This document shows, in pieces, positions 24,846 through 39,278 of a stretch of DNA of 64,000 bases. Made by a program: the position numbers and the translations under genes. How positions within the stretch are numbered: the first letter of the stretch is position 1; every line of letters starts with the position of its first letter. The stretch spans positions 16,926,001-16,990,000 of the forward strand of contig CP075492.1 in the NCBI GenBank assembly GCA_021613535.1, read 5' to 3'. The stretch is from Adineta vaga (Eukaryota > Animalia > Rotifera). The notes under the pieces are model-generated. The model saw only the letters and a program-made list of their open reading frames with translations. It was not told the DNA's origin and ran no database searches.

Positions 24846-27800
24846 ATGTGGTTGAACGTCCGGCAACAAATTAGAGCTGTGTTTTTCATATCAGTTCTAT
24901 GCAACACATGTACTACCTCTCGTTTGATGTACGACACAAATGGTTACAAGAGCACATTCGATTGTTTACATCTTGTGAATATTAGAAATTATGAATTGAT
25001 CAGTGCTATTGATGTCGAGTTGACAGTCAACTTTGAGATAGTGCGATATTGTCGTCGATTAACAGAAAAAATTATTGACCGGTCGCTTATTGATAATAAG
25101 ACTACCGCTAATGGTCGACATTTAACATTCAATCAATTGCGTGAAATGAGTATTTCAAGTAATCAATTACTTGACTGGTATGTACCATTGGATACCATTG
25201 AAGAATATGTATCAAACAAAGAAACAGGCTTCGTTTTCATTTGTTCTAATCTTTGGTTCGGAACACAATGTGAATATACGTTCGACTCAAATGCATCCTT
25301 TACAAATATTGTCAAAGAACGACAAACGAAGAAAAAACACCCGACTAGCGATGTCTTATCTATCACAAATGGTACTTGTTATATCATGCACTATGAAGAA
25401 TGTAAATCTGTCATTTGTTTGGACTGGTGTGAAATATGTGACGGTTAGTAAATATATTCTGAGATCTACCCGAATTCCATAAATTATGAGAAGACTGCAC
25501 CAGTACGAGTATATGGAAATCAATTATCGTATTATAGGAGTATAGCTTACATTTAATTCTTTAATTTTCACTCATATTCTCAGTAAAAACTAATTCGTTC
25601 TTTTTTTGACTGAAGGTAAAATCGATTGTAGTAATGGATTCGATGAGTATTATTGTCATGAACTTGAAATGAATGAATGTGATCCAAAAACTGAATATCG
25701 TTGTTTCAATGCACAATGTATCGATAATGAACTCTATGGAAACTTTAAATCTGACTGTATGGATGCATCTGATGAGATCACGTGGCCAATTAAATATTGT
25801 AAAGTATTCGATTATTTGACGGGCTGTGAAAATCATGCATGCGCTTCATTATTGTTTTCGTGTGGCGATGGTCATTGTTATGATGGACCGAATGTTCAAC
25901 ATGATGATCGATGTATAACTCAACGAGATCGTCTCTATTTTAACCAAATGCCACCATCAACACTCATATTATATTCACATATACATTTGATTTATAATGA
26001 TACTAAACCAGAAGCAATCTGTTTTAATCAGACATTATGTCCTTATCTTGTCGTTGAGAACAAAATGGCGATGACTCAAACACATAATAGTTTAACATGT
26101 CGATTATTCAATACATTTACTAATGAAACATATGTTAAGTTCGACGATATGCTGAAAGAGGTCAAACGTTTCATACGTTCATGCTCACTACTACCACAAG
26201 ATAGTCAAACGAATCAATGTTCATTATTTCAATGCGATGATCAAAGCAAATGTTTATCCTATCATCGACTTTCGGATGGTACTAGTGATTGTGCGAATGA
26301 AGAAGATGAACGTCATCCTAATACATGTTCATTCAATCTTCCTTATCGATTCAAATGTGATAATGAAACACGATGTCTACCTAGATCACTTCTGTTGGAT
26401 AAGATTGTAAGTAAACTTGAAACATTCTTAACACGTAAACATAACATATTTTTAGTATCAGTGCTTTGACAAGACTGATGAACGTATGAAACATCTGACC
26501 GTATGTTTAGACTCTTCAAGCGACCAATGTCTTATTCATCGAGAAAAGTCAGCTCGTTTTAACCTAACTTTTTCTGAGCTTTGCAATGGCGTTGTTGAAA
26601 GAATTTCTCATATGTCAAACGATACAGATGAATCACACTGTACCGACAGTGGATGGCCTTGTTCTACGCGTTATACCGATTGTAATTGGATATGGAACTG
26701 TCCAGATGGAAGTGATGAACTAAAAAGCTGTGTATTTAGTACTCTAAGTGCTCTTCACTGTAATAATTCGAAGCATTTTTGCTTGGATGTTCGTACTGGT
26801 CTTCCAATATGTTTGCCAAAAACACGAGCTGCTGATGGCATCGTCGATTGTGTTGGTGCCATTGATGAACAAGAATTTTGTCGAATGAAATATCCCGACA
26901 AAGATATGCGTCGATTTCGATGTCAGAATTCAGATATTTGTATTCAACGCCAGCAAATATGTGACTGCCATCGAGATTGTCCCAACAACGATGATGAAAC
27001 ATTTGCATGTATCTGGCTCAATAATGATCGACAGACTCAGTGTGATTCTGGAAAATTCCGATGCCGAGATGGTCGATATACAAATAGCAGTAAGTGGTTT
27101 ATCATGTCTAAATTTCTCTAGGAGGAAAAGCATCAAAGTTTGTGTCAAGTTCTCGTTCAAAAATTTTCATATATAGCCATCTATTTGATATGAGAAGTAA
27201 GAGAAATACATGTATAGGAGCAGTAGGGTAACATCATCCGAGAAATGAGATATTCCATCATAGATAGTTAATTTTCTTAAATCATGTTGATTAAAATACA
27301 TCCTTTAGCAAATTAAACATCCTTTTTCGTCAAATAGTTGATATAGATTCCTGTACCGGTGCTCGTATGTGTTCAGAAAATGACCATCTTCTCTTTTGTG
27401 AATTCAACTATGGAGAACGTGCACAACTATTTAGTATACATATGTTTCCTGAGTATCCAAGCCAAAAAGTTAACCATATGCTTAAATATCGAGACTTAGA
27501 ACAACAATCAGCAACATTGACCAATATCGTCCTATGGCAGTGTAATTCTGGTATGTATGTTCGTTCAACTATTCATCCATCTGGCTTTTTTTGTCTCTGT
27601 CCAAATTATTATTATGGTGATCGCTGCCAATTTCAACGAAAACGAATATCTCTTATACTTTACCTTCGCATAGGAAATTTCGTTGATAATGAAATTCCAA
27701 TATTTAAATTTGTCGTTTTATTGGTGCGACATAATACTACATCGTCTATTATATCTCATGAACAATTTATTTATACACCAGAAAAACATTGTTTGCCACA

Positions 27801-29904
27801 ATATATGATAGAATTACTCTATCCAATTGATGATTCATTGTTATCATTTGTTAATCATACTCTATATATTCATGCATTCATTCTAACAACACTAAAACAT
27901 TTTGTTTCTTGGCATTTTCCTCTCTCATTTGAATTCTTACCTGTTCGTCGTATAGCAAAAGAACTTCTTGTGACAAACATATCGAGTATGATTACTGAAT
28001 CAATGTTAACAACAATAATAATTTATCCTAACTGCACAAATTGTTCGAGTAATTCTCTATGTCTTGGATATGATATTGATCTTGGTCGAGAAATTTGTGT
28101 ATGTCCTTTAAATCATACTGGCCGTCGCTGTCTCATTGTTTTCGATCCATGTACGAAAAATAATTGTAATGGACATGGAAAATGTATAACACTTGATATA
28201 CGTCATGATACAATAGCTCAATTCATGTGCTTATGTGATAAGGAATGGTTCGGTAAACAATGTGAAAAAGTGAAACCACGGGTTTATATTTCATTCTCTC
28301 GAGATATTAGTATTCCATCATCAAACATCGCTTTTATTCATATTATGGAAATGGGTTCATCAGGTGAACCTCGTCATTTTACATACTTTCGTCGACTTCA
28401 TCGAGACAAAAGGAATTTCACTTTCTTTTTGGATAATAGGTTAAGTGTACCTAACCTTGATTTCATTCAACTGTACGAACATCAATATCAATTTGATTAT
28501 TATCTTTTGCTGTTACGTGAAAGTAGTGTATTACCACTTTTACTTGATATCAGTACCAAAATTCGGTCTTCTCATCGATGTCATTCGATCCACGAACTAT
28601 TCAATCAAACTATACTTGCTCAGTTTCCTCTACGTCGAGTAAAGAATTATCAATATCCATGTCTCAATCAGCAATCAAAATGTTTCTACGATGATAAACT
28701 CATTTGCTTATGCGATAAAACCAATCATACTATTTGTTTTAATTTTGAGACAACACCTCGTGGATGTTTATGGAATAAATGTCATGGTCGTGGTATGTGT
28801 GTACAAGATGATGAAACATGTCCAACTATTGCAGTATGTATTTGTGAACCATGTAGTTATGGATCGGTTTGTCAATTTTCAAGAGCTGGTTATAGTTTAT
28901 CACTCGATGCGATTATTGGTTCACATATTCGATTGAACGCAATGAATATTTTTCAGCAGAGTACAACGATTAAAATAACTGTTCTAGTTCTTTGCATATT
29001 GATCGTCTTTGGTTTTATTTTCAATACGTTGGCTACTGGTACATTTACTCAGAAGAAGACACGTGAGTCTGGATGTGGACTTTACTTGCTTGTCTCATCC
29101 ATCACCGGCTTATTAACTATGATAGTACTCATGTGCAAAATAATCATAATCTTAAACCCCAAACAAACCAATATTGGTTGTTCTCTTACTGAATTTTTAC
29201 TTAAATGGTGGTCAACAAGTTGTGAATGGATAGATGCATGTGTGGCTATGGATCGGACACAAGCTGTCAGCTATCCAACCAAATACACTCGTGCAATAAG
29301 TGAACGTCGCGCTAAATGGATTGTCGGATGTGTATTCATATTTCTTGCTCTTATCTCTTCTCCAGAATTGATCTTTCGTCGCATTGTTATCGATACACAT
29401 GATGAACGAGCTTGGTGTGTACTTACATTAAATGCTGATCGACCAGTTATTCTTGTCCTATATTCAATTTCGAATGTTCTCTGGTTCATATTACCATTGA
29501 TCATTAATTTTGCTAGTAGTATCATTATTATTCAGAGAACAACGGCTTTAAAAAATCAGATAAAGAACAAAACCACTCCACCGAATCAAAACAAAAGTAC
29601 ACGACTGAAACTGCGAATGGACTTGATTAAAAAATCAATCAGTCAACATAAACATATACTAATTGCACCGATTGTACTTGGTTGTCTTGCTGTACCTCGA
29701 CTTGTTCTAAGTTTTATATTTGTATGTCAAAAACTTGATCGACAACCGTACATTAGTCTAATTAGCTATTGTATTGCCTTTCTACCTTGTATGGCTATTG
29801 TTTTCGTATTTATTCTGCCATCAGAAATATTTCGAAAAGGAATGTATGACTTTATGAAAAGTATTAGGCCACAACGCATTCGTCGATTATTTATGACTTG
29901 TTGA
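24846..29904 (+). CDS. large receptor: LDL-receptor class A repeats + EGF repeats + rhodopsin-like 7TM, multi-exon
   Basis: Signal-like N-terminus. Many LDLa units (CDG..DC..G.DE) in 25606..27121. EGF units and 7 TM helices with a MDRT (DRY-like) motif in 27367..29904. Confidence 0.85.
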
Positions 29905-32202
29905 TATTCAATCTAAACCTTCGTTATTGTCTGTATTTGCTTTTACATCTATGTTGTCTCACATGCTTCATTTTTGAAATCATAACGAAAATAAATTATC
30001 CTGCTTGAATACAATGGATGTGGGCGTAGAATGAAGAGGCTATGCTCACCCACACCTTTGAATCTTAAGATGATCGCTCCATAGCATTAAGAAAACTCTA
30101 AGTACAAACATCTTGAAGCAATAAGACAAAACAACGGAAAATGAGTATAGCTACTAATTTATTTTCTTATTTTATTTCTTTATTTCTATTAACAAATCTT
30201 CTTCTTTTTTTCTCAAAACTTTGTATATGACTAGGAAATTTTTGTGTTCATTCACATTGACATCATTTATAATTATTTTCCTATTCACAGATAGAACAAA
30301 AATGAGCATTGAGATAAGGTAGTATATTTTGTCAACAATGAAGTTAAGCATTTATTTGACTGATGAAGAGGAACTGGTTTTAATGTTAGGACTTTTGAGA
30401 AATTATTCTAAATCGATATTCATTCGCAAGCATAATAAATTTCTCCTAAACCATAATAAAGATATTATTTCATACTTCACCTGGATTATGAAGTCATTTT
30501 ATTAAAAAAATCAAAATCAAATTAATCGATATCCTTAGAATATTGACACCCACGCTCATTGTTTGTCAAATGCGAACGTTTTCGGGAAGCCTATTAAAAG
30601 AAATGAGTTTTTTCGTACAGTACTCCATATTTTAGTAATGATGAATACTAGTAGCAGCATCACTAATGAAATACTATTGCATTTTTATCGATATTACCGT
30701 TCACACAATTTTCTCTGGAGTATTCATAGAGTTCTGAATAGAATCTTATTAATTCTTCGATGATCACCTTATAAATTATGGCAAATTTTCTAAAGGATTG
30801 TTTCATATCGATCAAGTTTTTGAGTTAAAACAAACCTGGGTTACTCAGGTGTATTACCATGTCAGTTCTGGTTTTATTTTTTTTAAAGTCATGAGCTGTA
30901 AAACAGTTGACACTTGTTTAACTAACAAATTTGAGCGTGAGTTTGCTCTGAATCATAGATGGTACTTACTTATATATTAGCTAAAAAATGAATAATCACT
31001 GTGAAGGTATAGCACCACGGAGCTAGCACGAAAAACAAAGCTTTATTTAACGAATGGCTTTTAGGACTGACTGAAAGAAATATAATTTTAGAACCATAAC
31101 ATGCTTTAAACTTTTCTCTCAATTTCATTGGTTACAGCAACTTTTCCAAAAAATTCCTCAGCGATTTCACATACTGTTTTTCTAGATTCTTTCTTATCGA
31201 GCGTTTTAACGTATTCATTTGACTTAATGTTAATTCTGACAGTAATATACTAAATGATGATGATTACGTTTCTTGTCGGACCACTGATTCAGTTGGCTAC
31301 ACTTGTTTCATCAGATCTTGTAATTGTTTAATTTCTTCTACATAAGATAATTGATCATTAAATAGCCTATATATATACATAGAGTTGTAGAGAATAACTT
31401 TCTCTATCAAATGTTATACTCATTATGAAACTTGATGAATCGATGAGAAGCGTACTACGCTCACATTGGCCGTTACAGAATTCGGTTAAACTTTCAAGAT
31501 CTGTAGGGCTCAATAATGTGATCATTTTGCTATAAAATTAACTATTGGTTTATATTTAGTTCCATATACGTGAGATTGTCACAAAAAATGCCAAATGGAA
31601 TTTTTCACTAACAGCATTTTACTCGTTTTATAAGTTCATGGCATGAAATATTTAGTCATCGGTTTATTGATGATTCTCGTGCGATAAATCGACATACAAT
31701 GATGTTTTGTCAATTATAATTACTTAAATATAATCTGAAAAATTCATCAATGACAGAAACATGTTTATTTCATTTATACCATCGATAGGAACTTTTCCGA
31801 TTTTTTTTGCCAGCCGAGATTTATCGAGATGAGTTTACGAAAGTTTTTCATAAACTAATGAAAAACAAATTTCAAATAGCTTGTCGTAAGTGAACTTTTT
31901 ATGTTATTTTATTGTGCAATTATTTAAACAACTGTCTATATAGATTATTCTATGTTTGGGATAGGAGCTTTACTACGTCTTATTCTTGTTCTGTTGCGAG
32001 TCAATGTTTGTGATCGCTATAGCTTATTAATCGTTTCATGTATTTATTTGTTTGCCTGAATTTGATAAGAGAATATATTATATTTCTCTTTTCATTGTTT
32101 GATGCAAATTTGTAAGTAACCTTAAATGTTTCTTATTTTTCTTTGATTATAAATCTATCGCAACATATACGAGAAAAAATTCTTTATTCAATGCAAGATA
32201 TC

Positions 32203-32757
32203 ACATGACTTCGTCTCACAGTAAACCATATCGTTGCACCCATTCTATAATGCTTTACGATTGAATTGATCTATGTTCAATCTATATTCAGCAGCAGCCT
32301 TTTTGAAAATAAACATGAAAACAACAAATAAGTTCTTTTGTAAAATAAATTAAAACAATTTACCATTATTGACGGCAGAATCCAGCGGTGTATAGTCAAT
32401 CAAATATACAATACGTCTGATAATAGATACAAGTGTTGTTGTTGGTTTACATTCTTCATCTTCATACAGAAATTTCTGGCATATGTTTCCATCGTGACCA
32501 ACATTTGGATGATAAATTGATGTAACAAATCGAACTTGCGGTGGTTTGAATGGATATTCCGGAAGTAATGTCATTTCAATTTGAAAAGCAGCTTTATTAA
32601 ACGTATCCGAATTTGGTAATATTATTCCAAAAACGATAATCGTTGCTACGTCTGATCCGACATCTAACGGCGAGTTATAAAATTCTGCGATTTGCCATCC
32701 TTCACTTTTGAATTGAGTTCGAAAAAGAAAAATATTTGTTATTACATTTGCTTTCAT
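32203..32757 (-). CDS. ubiquitin-conjugating enzyme E2-like, possibly truncated or pseudogenised
   Basis: PEYPFKPPQVRF.T.IYHPNV..DGNIC contains the active-site Cys. The last exon (AAAEYRLNIDQFNRKAL...EWVQRYG) has an apparent 2-bp insertion, and the N-terminal helix is not evident. Confidence 0.75.
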
Positions 32758-32886
32758 TTTTTATTCCCTTTATAGTGAGTCATGCAAAACAATATTTGTT
32801 AAGGAATTCACAAATAATTTGTCGGATTTAACCATCATAAAAAGAAGACAAACTTGATTACAAGTAATAAAAAAATCTGTATTTAT

Positions 32887-32943
32887 CTTCAGGGTGAGGG
32901 TACGGGTGAATATAAAATACAACCACACCCTCAACCTATGAAG
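32887..32943. repeat. telomere-like palindrome family, copy
   Basis: CTTCAGGGTGAGGGTACGGGTG pairs imperfectly with CAACCACACCCTCAACCTATGAAG, about 80 bp downstream of the PLA2 stop. Confidence 0.7.
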
Positions 32944-33024
32944 TATTTCAAAGAACAATCCTCTTTACTGTTAGTCCAGCACTATTTATTTAAAAGTTGA
33001 AGAAAATGATCATAAGATGATTGT

Positions 33025-33450
33025 CTATCCTTTTATGCAGCCGTGTGCTTTCTGTGCACTGCTGTATGCAACACTGCCAGTTGCGCTGACAATTTCGTAG
33101 AGAACTCTGCCGTCCAGTTTGCATGCTGCGACACGAAAATTACCCCACCATTGGAACCCACCGGATAAACGGCTGCACGTACTGTCAAGGCACGAACGGA
33201 AAGCATTGTCACACGAATCCTGACTTCTACCACACGTATCATAACAAATATCATGTGCATTACAACAGGATTTGAGCGATCCTTCACCAACAAGCCGCAG
33301 ACTTGCATCAATATTGAAATATCCAGGTCCACAACCGTTTGCCTGGCGACGTTGTCGATAGTGAAGACTGCTGTTCACAGATCCGACAAGGACTAATACG
33401 AGAATACATAGGGAATAGATTCGATGCATATTGATATTGTTGTGCGCCAA
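33025..33450 (-). CDS. secreted phospholipase A2, group XII-like, intronless
   Basis: Signal peptide, RQRR furin-type site, NGCGPG, CCNAHDICYDTCG (His-Asp dyad) and CDNAFRSCL. Confidence 0.85.
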   Translation of the reverse strand: MAHNNINMHRIYSLCILVLVLVGSVNSSLHYRQRRQANGCGPGYFNIDASLRLVGEGSLKSCCNAHDICYDTCGRSQDSCDNAFRSCLDSTCSRLSGGFQWWGNFRVAACKLDGRVLYEIVSATGSVAYSSAQKAHGCIKG

Positions 33451-33959
33451 TAAATGTATTAAATAAACGCTGAAAATGAAGCGTTTTCAGCCTTTATATA
33501 CATTTATGCAAAGAAATGTTTATCCAGTTTATTAACTATTCAAGTACAATCTTGATAAATTCTATGCATGCAATAGAAGTACTTATACGTATTAATTAAG
33601 TTTCCAGTTTTCAATCGTTTGCATATGAATTGATAAGAGCATAGAGAAGTGGAGGGTATGGATATGGAAAAAAATTGAGACCATCGGAGTCATAGTCGCA
33701 CATACACTCTTATCTTTTTTTCATCCATAGTGTTCGACAAGAGACATCTATCGTACTATAAGACAACAAAAAACATGAAATAAAAATTCTTTTCATTCTA
33801 TACTTCAATCGTGGGATTTCATGAGTGTCTTTGTTTTGCCATAATATGTATTACTAACATGAGAAACTATGTACACAACGTTTATTTTCTTCCTCATATT
33901 TTTTTATCAAATTTGTTTGTCATTCTCTCGTCAACGCGTTTCCTCTGCTAAATCACTCA

Positions 33960-34230
33960 GCAAATAGCTACATCAACTGGTAGAAAACGTTGTTTTACGT
34001 GTACTAAAGAAAAAGCGACATCAAAATGTGCTAGTTGTTTGAAAGATTTTTGTTATAATCATTTGGGTGATCATCGACAACAATTAGCAAGCCAACTAGA
34101 TTGAATTGAAATCCATCGAGATTTTTGTCGACGAGCACTCAGTGACCGAACTGCAAATCCACTCATTAAACAGATCGCAACAATGGGAACAAGAATCTAT
34201 AAATAAAGTTCGTGAAGCAGCGAAATGAAT
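33960..34230 (+). pseudogene. B-box/coiled-coil N-terminal fragment
   Basis: RCFTCTKEKATSKCASCLKDFCYNHLGDHRQQL is followed by a stop and frameshifts. Confidence 0.6.
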
Positions 34231-35134
34231 TCAAAAACTCAATGAATAACTGATCAAACCACAATATTTAACAGTTCGATATGACTCTACACCATTTGTA
34301 AACAATATTCAAGTTGATACATCATAGATGAATCAACCAACACTACATCTTCAATACAAACTCTTCTATTATCATTGAAGACTGTAAATGAAGGTAATTG
34401 TTTTCCTTCGCTGTCTCTATGATATCCTGGCTTCTATGTCATGCAGTGACAAGAGAAGATTTACAATATCAATACGATGGTTATGTCTTTGCCATCAAAT
34501 ACTAGTATAACCCTTGCTCGAATTTGTTCATCATTATAGTCTGTTTCTTATTAACTTTTTTTCGACTCGAATTCGTTTTCTTCATGCTTACTTAGTATAA
34601 TTGTGCGATTCGATTTTGTAAACTTGGATCATTTGGATTGGCAATCATTCACTGATAAAACAGAGTTATCAAAAATATAATTTTGTCATATGTCAATTAT
34701 TTTTTATTCGATATAGAAATAACATTCATAATTTTATCCTATCACACTGAAATATAAAGTTAATGAAGAATTTTTTAATGAATTTATTTCAAACTCTATT
34801 CGAAAAAAGAAATTTCTATCAAAGAAATGATTGTTATAACCTATTGTGTTTGAGAATTACAACGAAATTCAGCAATAATGGAGAAAAATATCATCGATTA
34901 TTCATCATTTTATTAACGTGAAAATGAAAACAACGAAGAGAATTCAATTCAATACGGATCAAGTAAAAAAAAACAGCATAATTTTATTACAAATTTTCTT
35001 ATATAGATTGAAAAAAACTTCAATGAATTAATCTACAAATTGTAAACAAGACAAAAAATATCCAAATAAAAAAGAATTCCAATGTGAAAGATACTATTAA
35101 GAATAAGGATAAAAACAAAATTCATACTTCATAA

Positions 35135-35329
35135 GTGGAAATGCTCATTGCTAATTCAGTTGTCAGTCAAATTGATATTTATTCGAGTTTAAATAATGAA
35201 ATTTTTTCAAAACATTTTCATTATTCAACTTCAGCTGCTGTTGCAGATCTCAATTCTGATCATCATCTTGATATTGTTGTCGTAAATTCTGATACAAAGA
35301 ATTATTCTTTGATGGTAATGGGAGTTTAA
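35135..35329 (+). pseudogene. FG-GAP/VCBS repeat fragment
   Basis: AVADLNSDHHLDIVVVNSD is an isolated Ca-binding DxNxDxxxD motif. Confidence 0.55.
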
Positions 35330-35933
35330 ACTATTACTGTCAACGAAATCACACACTGTGACACTAATGTATACATTAGACTATCTTGAGAGTGTATGTA
35401 ACTATATCCATAAGATTTATTGGAAAATTTTCGTTTATATTGTCGCTAAAAGTTTTTTTCTCACTTTTGTATGGTTATTCGTGAATATAATCTTTGATGT
35501 GGCTCATATCGTAAAAACACCATAGTTTTTTTCTATTCTGTTTGTTGATTTAAGACAAAATAGTTACAATGACTCATCGACTGATTGCTTTTCTACTGTG
35601 AAAAAAATAAATACGCACATACATATAATAAGAAAAAGAGCAAAAAAATCTGGCAATCGCTGTTTTTATATAAAAATCCGATTATTAACTATTAATTATC
35701 TTAAAGTTATTCGATGGCAAGCAATACAGATTTTTATAACTCCAATGAACAAAGTAAGTGCTTCACATCAGTATTTTTATATCTTATTATAACTTTTTTC
35801 TACTCAAAAATTGAGTGTACTTTGAAATTTGGAGGTCGGCACGATTTTCTTGGATAAAGTCTAGAGAATTTAGTAACAATAACTTAATAATATATGGTCG
35901 ATATTCTTTTCAGAAAATGATCAATCGACCGGA

Positions 35934-37996
35934 ATGTCAACGTATCATAATCTAGATCTCGAAAAGAGAATTGCCGAGAAGGGAAATGAAGCAACACTCA
36001 ATTTGAATAACAGAAACTTAACTGATGAAGATATGATAATTATTAGTTACGCATTACAACATCAAACGGTAAGGATATCTACTCTTTTTCTATGGAATAA
36101 TCTACTTTTAACCTAGGACACATCTGACAAAAATTCTTTATTATTTTAGATTGATACAGACGTTTTAGTAGTAGAATCGGCACAAATTCAACAGGATGAA
36201 TGGTCCTGTGCTAAATGTACTCTTACAAATGAGTCCACAGATAGGATATGCGAAGTATGTGGAGCTTCACGTCTATATGGTGTTCCAGAATCACGATTCA
36301 ATCAGGAAGATGAATGGGCATGCGAGAATTGTACTCTCTTCAATAAATCATCGAATCCAGTATGTGAACTTTGTTCTGCTTCACGTCCACATCCACTACA
36401 AAAACAAACTCTTACAAATCAACAAAAATTATACTATTTTACCGATCAGAAACTGGTATATATAAGTATATTTTCAACAAGATTTTTAACTTTAAGAAAA
36501 GTTTTACTCTCACGAAAGAAACGAACCAATGGATTTTCTTTTTACTTTTATTTTTCATACAGGCGTTTACTACGCTTAACCTCTACTGCAATTCAATTAG
36601 TTGTCGTGGCGCAAAACATCTTGCTGATGGATTAAATCACAACAAAGTAATTGATAAAATTTTTTGCATTTAATTTTCCAATAAACTAATCTATATATTC
36701 TCAAATAGGTACTTAAAACATTGAGCCTCTACAAGAATAATATTGGAGACGATGGAGCTGGATATATTGCTCAAGCTTTACGACATAACAATGTTACTAT
36801 TCATCATCATTAGTCATCTCTAATAACTTTTACTCTTTTTAAACAGACACTTACTACATTGATATTCGGCAAAGAGCACGTTCAAGGAAATTCTATTGGA
36901 GAACTAGGAGCACAACATCTAGCGGATGCATTACGATACAATCAAGTAATAATTAATTCTTCTTATTATTATTATTTTTCTTTGCTACGTAGACATTAAC
37001 CGCAATAGATCTTCATCTTAATCAAATAGGATCCAATGGAGCACAATATCTAGCTCATGCTTTACAAAACAATCATGTTATACACTTCATTTATTCATAT
37101 CTTAAATATACACTCTTTACTTTCACATAGACACTTACCTCGCTGTCACTCGCAGAAAATCAGATAGAAGATGATGGAGCTATACATTTAGGCAATGCAT
37201 TAAAAAACAATAATGTTATTTATTTCATTTATTCATGTTTTCTAATGACCTGCTTATATTACTTTTATAGAAACTTATGGCACTCTCACTCTATCACAAT
37301 AATATTGGGCCTGATGGAGCACAAGCTCTTGCAGATGGAATAACAAACAACGAAGTAACATACTCTTATATCCAATTGTGAAAGGAAATATCTTGAATTT
37401 TCTTGTGCAGATGCTTGCCACACTAAATCTTAATAACAATAAAATCTCAGCTCGGGGAGTACAATATTTTGCTCGTGCATTAGAAATTAACAAAGTAATC
37501 CTCATCTTCAATCAGCTTTTTATTTCATAAGCAAAATATATAGCTATCGTACTTAAACTATTTCATTTGATTTTGATTTTGTTTTCATATAGACTCTCAA
37601 ATCATTGTTACTCGATGGAAATTCTATCGGAGACGATGGATGTAACCATCTAGCTCTGGTATTACGAAGCAATAAAGTAAATAAGTTTGTTTTACGAATT
37701 CATTTATTTTCTTTATTTTATCGAAAGACACTTACAACACTTCAAGTCTCATATAATAATATTAGTAATCGTGGTGGACAATCATTATATAATGCAATGA
37801 AAAACAACAATGTAAGGATTTTATCTATTTATTTGTTTCTCATATTTTAAATATATACTTTCAAATAGACACTCAACGAAATAATCATTTACGGAAATTC
37901 CATGGATGGTGATATAGAAAGTAATATTGGTGATTTATGTACAAGTGAACAGACAGAATAAGTTACATATATTTATTTAATAAATTAATGACTTAG
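35934..37996 (+). CDS. RNI-like leucine-rich repeat protein with two RanBP2/NZF zinc fingers, 12 exons
   Basis: Exons 35934-36068, 36150-36455 (WSCAKCTLTN...CEVCG; WACENCTLFN...CELCS), then nine phase-0 LRR exons, mostly 84 bp (36563-36646 ... 37728-37811), and last exon 37869-37996. Confidence 0.88.
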
Positions 37997-39278
37997 CCTT
38001 GAACTGAAAAGAAATTGTTTTATAAAATTTAAAGAATTAGTATCATTGGTTTCGTATAGTTAGATATTAGTACCACATACCTCATTTGCATATTTCGATT
38101 CCTATTGATCGTTATATAGTATAATTAAGCGTGATATTTAAAAATAGTTCATTGTCACTGCACTTCATTTTTTTTACAAATTAGTTAATCTTGATTGATC
38201 ATCATAATATTCATGTTCATTTGACGAACATGTGAAATAAGAACAATTGAATTCATCGATACTATTTGAACAGTTCCAAATCTTATCACAATTACTTTTC
38301 GACAGTCATCATCTTCAATATGATTTAGCGATAACAGCTATTATATTGTTATCATTAACGTTTTCTTCTCTATGTGATCTCCTTGAGGTTCGATGTACTT
38401 GATATATATCTTTTTTTCTTCTCTTGCCTCTCTATTCCATCATCTGATCTTTGGACTTATATAAAAAGTGAATAAACTGGATGTGATACAATAGTACATA
38501 CAATACCAGCCATATAATCCGATGCAAATGTAATGCCAAGTTGTGTACTTTATGAACAGTTTGATTTAGGTTTTAGAAATATATTTGTCTAAAGATATTG
38601 CACAGCCGACAATCAGTAAATTAATTTAAATAAAAAAAAGAAAACAATACTTAATCTTATTTTATTCTACTAATTCTTTAAATTTCATGTCAATTAATTC
38701 TTTTATTAAAATATGAAAACGAAATTTAAAAACAATTTATAGATTTCCTCAATAATCAATTGTAATTTTTAGAAGAGGAAACTAACGAAAGAAAATATAT
38801 GAGAATTTTCAAAACATGTGTATGCTTGGAACGATTCATTTTCTCAATTGATTCAAGTGAAAATAAGCGGCATCTGTGTTGAATATTAGAAGAAAATATT
38901 CGACGATGATCTAAATAATTACGATTTCATCTTTCCACTTGGTAATAAATTCAAAGACATTTCATCGACTTATGTTCTCTTTTCTGAAAGAAAGGCTTAT
39001 CGAAGTCGAGAACTCGAATCTGCAGAAAACGTTCTCTACGTGCCTACAACATTCGCCATAACACTCACGCTTGAGATGAACGCGCTGCAATTGTAGAGAA
39101 ACTATTTTAGCAACAACGGATCGTAGAGCCCATAACCAGTTTGTCAACCTAAGTTCTTCAACAGTATTTGGTCTGTAGATTGACATGCATCAATTAACTT
39201 GTATCGACTTTGTCATTACTCGATATTCAAGTGCGGCTCTTTTTACTTTCCTTCAAAAGCAATCTACAGCATTGACAA

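Noticed and set aside
31319-31477. TGTAA...TTACA segment with a TATA tract, resembling a solo LTR
   Set aside because: It is short, has no AATAAA near the end, and the flanks (GATCT/GAATT) are not a clean TSD.
30400-31800. Coding-like minus-strand text suggesting a decayed gene
   Set aside because: Too many stops and frameshifts to assign a family.
36563-37811. Regular ~140-bp periodicity that could be mistaken for a CRISPR-like array
   Set aside because: Explained by 84-bp LRR exons alternating with short introns, and there are no identical direct repeats.
38347-38490. TG...CA segment with TATAAAA and AATAAA
   Set aside because: No TSD, and such motifs arise by chance in AT-rich DNA.
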